Assembly (NCBI RefSeq): GCF_035084215.1
Contig: NC_090328.1
Coordinates: 43,772,001-43,836,000 of the forward strand
DNA length: 64,000 bases
From: Heptranchias perlo
Taxonomy: Eukaryota
Direction: 5' to 3'
Below the pieces are notes generated by a model, which worked only from the letters and a program-made list of their open reading frames with translations, had not been told where the DNA came from and did not search any database. The translations under genes were made by a program, and so were the position numbers. Positions 59,026 to 64,000 of the stretch are shown here, one piece after another. The stretch's first letter is position 1, and the number at the start of each line of letters is the position of its first letter.

Positions 59026-61660
59026 CAACAACGACAACTTGCATTTGTACAACGGCTTTAACACAGGACAACAGCCAAAGGTGCTACACAGAGCATTAGC
59101 AAAAAATGTCAAACAAGGAGATATTAGGAGGGTTGACCAAAAGCCTGGTCAAAGAGATGGGTTTTATGGAGGGTATTAAAGGTGGGCAGGGAAGTGGAGA
59201 GGCATAGGGGTTTATGGAGGGAATTCCAGAGCGTGGAGCCTAGGGGCCTGATTTTAGCAGGCCTGCGGGTTTCCGGCGGGTTGGGTTTCGGGTGCGTGGC
59301 CTCCGTGCCCGGTGAAATTAGTGGGTTGCCCGCGCGATCGTAGCAGGCAATCCACTAATTGGAATCATTTACCTGCTCCTCCGGGGTCCGCGCTGCTTGT
59401 CTGCGCGTCGGGCGGGCTGCGCATGCGCAGTAGGATCTGTCATCTGGAGGAGCTCTATTTAAAGGGGCAGTCCTCCACTGACAGGTGCTGCAACCAATGG
59501 AACAAATTACAGCATGGAGCAGCCCAGGGGGAAGGCTGCCCCCAGTTTAATGATGCCTCACCCCAGGTATCATCAGATAGGGTGAGGAGGAGGGGGAGGA
59601 CAGAGATCTTCCACCCGGCGGGCGGGAGGAAGTGGCCTGCCTCTGCCACCAAGAAGGTCTGGCTCGAGGTGGCAGAGGGGGTCCCCTGCACCACCAACAT
59701 ATCGCCCACCTGCATACAGTGCAGGAGGCGCTCCAATGACCGCAGTAGGTCAGCCACAGTGAGAACACGTAGTCTTTCCCCTACACTCCGTCTGCCACAA
59801 CACTGCCCCCACCCCACATCTCCTTCGGCACCGCCAACACTACTCTGTCACATCACCCCTCATACCCACTCAAACCCCATCCTCATCTTACCTGCACCTA
59901 CTCACCTCGCGAGTACTCACCCCGCCACGAACACGCAACCCAATCCTCATACAATCTCATGGCTCTATCCCATACTCACCCTCTCGAGCATCTCCCTCAC
60001 GGCCAGCCTCACTCAACCTGCCACCACCTGTGCTGCAGCCACAGGGCATGCATCACATATGTGCAGTAGGCAGCGTACGGCAAACGTGTCGTGAGCATGA
60101 AGGGGATGCACAAGGGTGTCTGAGGGTTTGCCATGGGTGTTACCTATATTGAATTTCAGAGCAACAAACATCACACATTATATTGGCACCACCACTGCCA
60201 TGTCTCCGCGAATCCTGTCTGTTGTGTCCAATAATGCCCGCTCCTGGGTATCACTATGAGGACCCACCACTGATGCCACCCATTGTGTTACTGCAGAGTA
60301 GGTGCAGGTGTATTTGTAGGGCTCTTCCGCGCAGACGACTGAGAGACATCGGCGGTGTACCCGGCTGCACCCTGGAAGGATGCGGAGGAGAAGTTGTGGA
60401 GGGCAGTGGTGACTTTGGCAGCGACAGGTAAGCAGATGGTGCTGGGGTCAGCCAGGAGCAGCTCGGCATGAAAGAGCCTGCAGATCTCCACGACTACATG
60501 TCGAGTGAATCTGCGCCTCCGTGTGCACTGCTGCTCGGAGAGGTCCGGGGAGCTGCGCCTCGGTCTGTGGACCCTGTGGCGAGGGTAGTGCCCTCTGCGA
60601 TGCATCTCTCTCTGCGGTAGCCCTCCCTCCTGCTGTACAGGTGGATGTGTCACAGCACTCTGTTGTGGAGCTCCACGTGTCAGAGATGGACGGCGTGGAT
60701 GGCGAGGCTGGTGAGGCTGGTGATGCTGTTCGCCCTCCGAGGGGGTCACATGACTGCAGCTACGGCGGCCCCCATCCGCAATATGTACATCTGAGGGGGT
60801 CCGCAAGGTAGGCACATGTCTCCGGACCCCGGGGTGAGTGTGCAGGTTGGTGACTTTGAGCGTCCGGAGGGGGGTGGTGGAGGCCACACTTTGTCCCAAG
60901 TGACAGAGCGGCCTCCTGCAATGGGTGAGGGTCTCCCCACCCCCCCCCCCCCCCACCTGTCAAATGGACCTTTGCAGCTGCCACAGGCTGACGGCTGCAA
61001 CACGTCCAGTTCAACTAGGACTGTTTCCCCCAGTGTGTGAAACAGTCCCATGTTTCCCCAAAATCACATACAGTCCCTTAATCAGGTCAGTTAATGACCT
61101 GAACAAGCGAAATAAATAACCTCAAGTGGCATCCTGCTGGCTTTAATTGCCTGCGGGATTCCCACCAGCGGGGGCCACGCATGCACCCCCGCACGTCATC
61201 GGGGAACCCGGAAGTGGGCGGGATCGTGGCACGATCCGGTCACGTGACTGGATATCGGGATTTTCGGGGCCCCCCCGCTGGAAACCCACAGGAAACCCGA
61301 CGGTAAAATCGAGCCCCTAGGTGTCTGAAGGCACGACCACCAATGGTGGGGCTAAGGGAGAGGGGTTTGATCCACAAGAGGCCAGAATCACAGGAATGGA
61401 AAGTTTGGGGGACAGTTGTAAGGCTGGAGCAGGGCACAGAGAAAGGGAGGGGTGAGGCCATGAAAGGAATTAAACACGAGAATGAGAATTTTAAATTTGA
61501 GGCGTTGGAGAACCCGAAGGGAATGTAAGTCAGCGAGGACAAGGGTGATGGATGAGCGGGACTTGGCCCTGGATAGGATATGGGCAACAGAGTTTGGGTG
61601 AGCTGACGTTTACAGAAGGTGGAGGATCGGAGACTGGCCAGGAGAGATGGAGTTGACAAT
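59026..61660 (-). mobile_element. L2 LINE 3' end (59026-59242 plus 61318-61660) split by Harbinger copy 5
   Basis: Frameshifted SSTF.K.QL.Q..ITLVLADLH..RLKFKIL..DSGLL..TIGGRAFRHLG, which continues after removing the insert as STLWNSL; the tail resembles the SINE tail. Confidence 0.8.
59243..61317. mobile_element. GC-rich, internally deleted Harbinger (copy 5) with both TIRs
   Basis: TIR GGGGCCTGATTTTA / TAAAATCGAGCCCC inserted at CTAG; Myb/SANT exon 1 on + (59514-59758, KKVWLEVAE..QCRRRSND, donor GTGAGA); transposase N-terminus on - (about 60330-60620, DLSEQQCTRRRRF..AKVTTALHNFSSASFQG); DDE core missing. Confidence 0.88.
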
Positions 61661-62006
61661 GCATTGCATTATCTACTTTGTTAAGTTTGTATGGTAGTTT
61701 TTATGATGTAATGACGTAGTTGTTAGTTGTAAAAAAAAAAGTTTTGGGAAATCTTGGAGAAGAACTATTAGTGATAGACAAATAAATAAATATATGAGCT
61801 TTTGTAAAGCAGTATCTGGGATGTAGGTAGTCATCATTTGCAGTTAAGGGGATGAAATAGAGGACACAGCAGGATCGCAACCAGGTTGGAAAGAAGATGG
61901 GAAGCTAACATTTGAGGGATGTCTCTCAGGTGGCATCAGATAGCTGAGATGATAGATTTGCTGGTATCACCCTATTAAAGTGGAGGAAAGAATTTTGAGG
62001 TTCTAC

Positions 62007-63020
62007 ATAGAATCATAGAAAGTTACGGCACAGAAGGAGGCCATTCAGCTCACCGTGTCCGTGCCGGCCGAAAAAGAGCTATCCAGCTTAATCCCACTTT
62101 CCAGCACTTGGTCCATAGCACTGTAGGTTACGGCACTTCAAGTGCACATCCAAGTACTTTATAAATGAGTTGAGGGTTTCTGCCTCTACCATCCTTTCAG
62201 GCAGTGAGTTCCAGACCCCCACCATCCTCTGGGTGAAAAAATTTCTCCTCAGCTCCCCTCTAATCCTACTACCATTTATTTTAAATCCAAGCACCCGGTC
62301 ATGACCCTTCTGCTAAGGGAAATAAGTCCTCCTTATCCACACTATCTAGTCCCGTCATAATTTTATACACCTCAATTAAATCTCCAAAGAAAACAACCCC
62401 AGCCTATCCAATCTTTTCTCATAGCTAAAATTCTCCAGCCCTGGCAACATCCTCATAAATCTCCTCTGTACCCTCTCTAGTGCAATCACATCTTTCCTGT
62501 AATGTGGTAACCAGAACCGTATGCAGTACTCAAGCTGTGGCCTAACCATATTTTATACAGTTCTAGCATAAACTCCCTGATCTTATATTTTATGCCTCGG
62601 CTAATAAAGGAAAGTATCCCGTGTGCCTTTTTAACCACCTTATCTACCTGGCCTGCTACCTTCAGAGATCTGTGGACATGCACACCAAGGTCCCTTTGTT
62701 CCTCTACACCTCTCAGTATCCTCCCATTTATTGTGTATTCCCTTGCCTTGTTTGCCCTCCCCAAATGCATCACCTCACACTTCTCTGGATTGAATTCCAT
62801 TTGCCACTTTTCTGCCCACCTGACCAGTCCATTGATATCTTCCTGCAGTCTACAGCTTTCCTCCTCACTATCAACCACACGGCCAATTTTTGTATCATCT
62901 GCAAACTTCTTGATCAAGCCCCCACATTCAAGTCTAAATCATTAATATATACCACAAAAAGCAAGGGACCTAGTACTGAGCCTTGCGGGACTCCACTGGA
63001 AACAGCTTCCAGTCACAAGA
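62007..63020 (-). mobile_element. 5'-truncated CR1 LINE
   Basis: KFADDTKIGRVV..WQMEFNPEKCEV..RRNFFTQRMVGVWNSLPE; tail reads CATAGAATCATAGAA on +. Confidence 0.95.
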
Positions 63021-63552
63021 ACCCCCTCTCTTTGCTTTCATGCTCTCTTTGCGACATGCATGTAATTGCTGTTAGAGGAGATGACAACACATATATTATC
63101 AGATCCAGAATTAGTGAAGCCCTTAACCACACAGCAGTGTGATGGATGACTTGTGCAGTTAATATGATTGAATTTCCTCGGGGCTTTTCCCGCTCAGCGG
63201 AAACCCCATTTTGTGTGTAAATGGAATTTCTGCCAAAGTTATGGCAGCAGAGCAAAAGAAACCTTGAGGAAATTCCTAGCCATTAACTTTAGAAGTCACT
63301 GTCATTTCCCTCCATGTAGCCTGTGAGACACTTTGCTGAGGTTTTGCCCCATGGCAACCCTGCATTCTCTCCCTCTCCCTTGCTGCATTTCCACCAGGAG
63401 GGCCTGATAGTCAGTCTCATTAAAATGTTGTACTCATTTCTGTCTTCCGCTGCTGTGATGGATCTGCAGGAAAGGATGGCATAAACTTAGAATGGGTGAG
63501 AATAGCCACACTTCATTGAGTGCCTCTGACAGGTCCTCCACTTGAAGACATG

Positions 63553-63794
63553 GGGGTTGATTTTTGTCTTTACTACGTGGGCCTTAAACATTGCCTGAGT
63601 GGAGCGCCGAGAGTAAAATCAGGCGGGGAGAATCATAGGCCTGTTAGGGAAATTGTCCAAATTTCCTTCCATTCATTTCAATGGAAGAAAGATCTGGCGG
63701 TTTCTATTATCGGCCCGTGATCCTCCCCACCAGATTTTCCCCTCTGCAAGCCACCCACGTGATGCTCAAGACCCAGATAGTGAAAATAAACCCC
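63553..63794. mobile_element. Harbinger-type MITE
   Basis: TIR GGGGTTGATTTT / AAAATAAACCCC, flanked by ATG on both sides. Confidence 0.65.
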
Positions 63795-64000
63795 ATGGTT
63801 TAAAAGTGCCACAAACTGTCTCATGAACTGTTTACTACACATACCTGACAGTTACCTCAGTCTTGCAAAATATTCATGACTTACCCACTGCTCCCCCAGC
63901 CTGTTGCTGAAATCTTCAGTCATTCTAAGCTTTATGAAGGCCTGCACCTGCAATTTTCATTCCCCCCCAGTGCTGTACTCCCATATTACACAGGAGCAGT

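Noticed and set aside
1-64000. Prokaryotic defence, retron, DGR or CRISPR-type system built around the RT ORFs
   Set aside because: All RTs are truncated eukaryotic non-LTR retrotransposon ORF2 fragments; there is no operon structure, and coding density and spliceosomal introns indicate a vertebrate genome.

Overview
This is eukaryotic DNA, not prokaryotic. Its repeat content points to a vertebrate, most likely a cartilaginous fish (shark-like): Deu-domain tRNA-headed SINEs of the SacSINE1/AmnSINE1 type, many vertebrate CR1 LINEs, L2, Tx1, Penelope fragments and PIF/Harbinger transposons. The window looks intronic or intergenic, and I recognise no host protein-coding exon, rRNA, tRNA gene or CRISPR array. 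Roughly half is transposon-derived. It holds five decayed PIF/Harbinger elements (HARBI1-like DDE transposase plus a spliced Myb/SANT partner), about ten GGGG-ended MITEs, several nested LINE insertions and two minisatellites (35-bp and 21-bp units) that explain the long low-complexity ORFs. The most striking small feature is a young Penelope-derived insertion at 20637-20852: an 85-bp perfect hairpin with an 11-12-bp TSD and a complete minimal type I hammerhead ribozyme on the minus strand. Several AT-rich, repeat-free blocks look like enhancer candidates, but that is inference only. I found no convincing wholly new biological system. Boundaries of degraded repeats were set by eye and are approximate.
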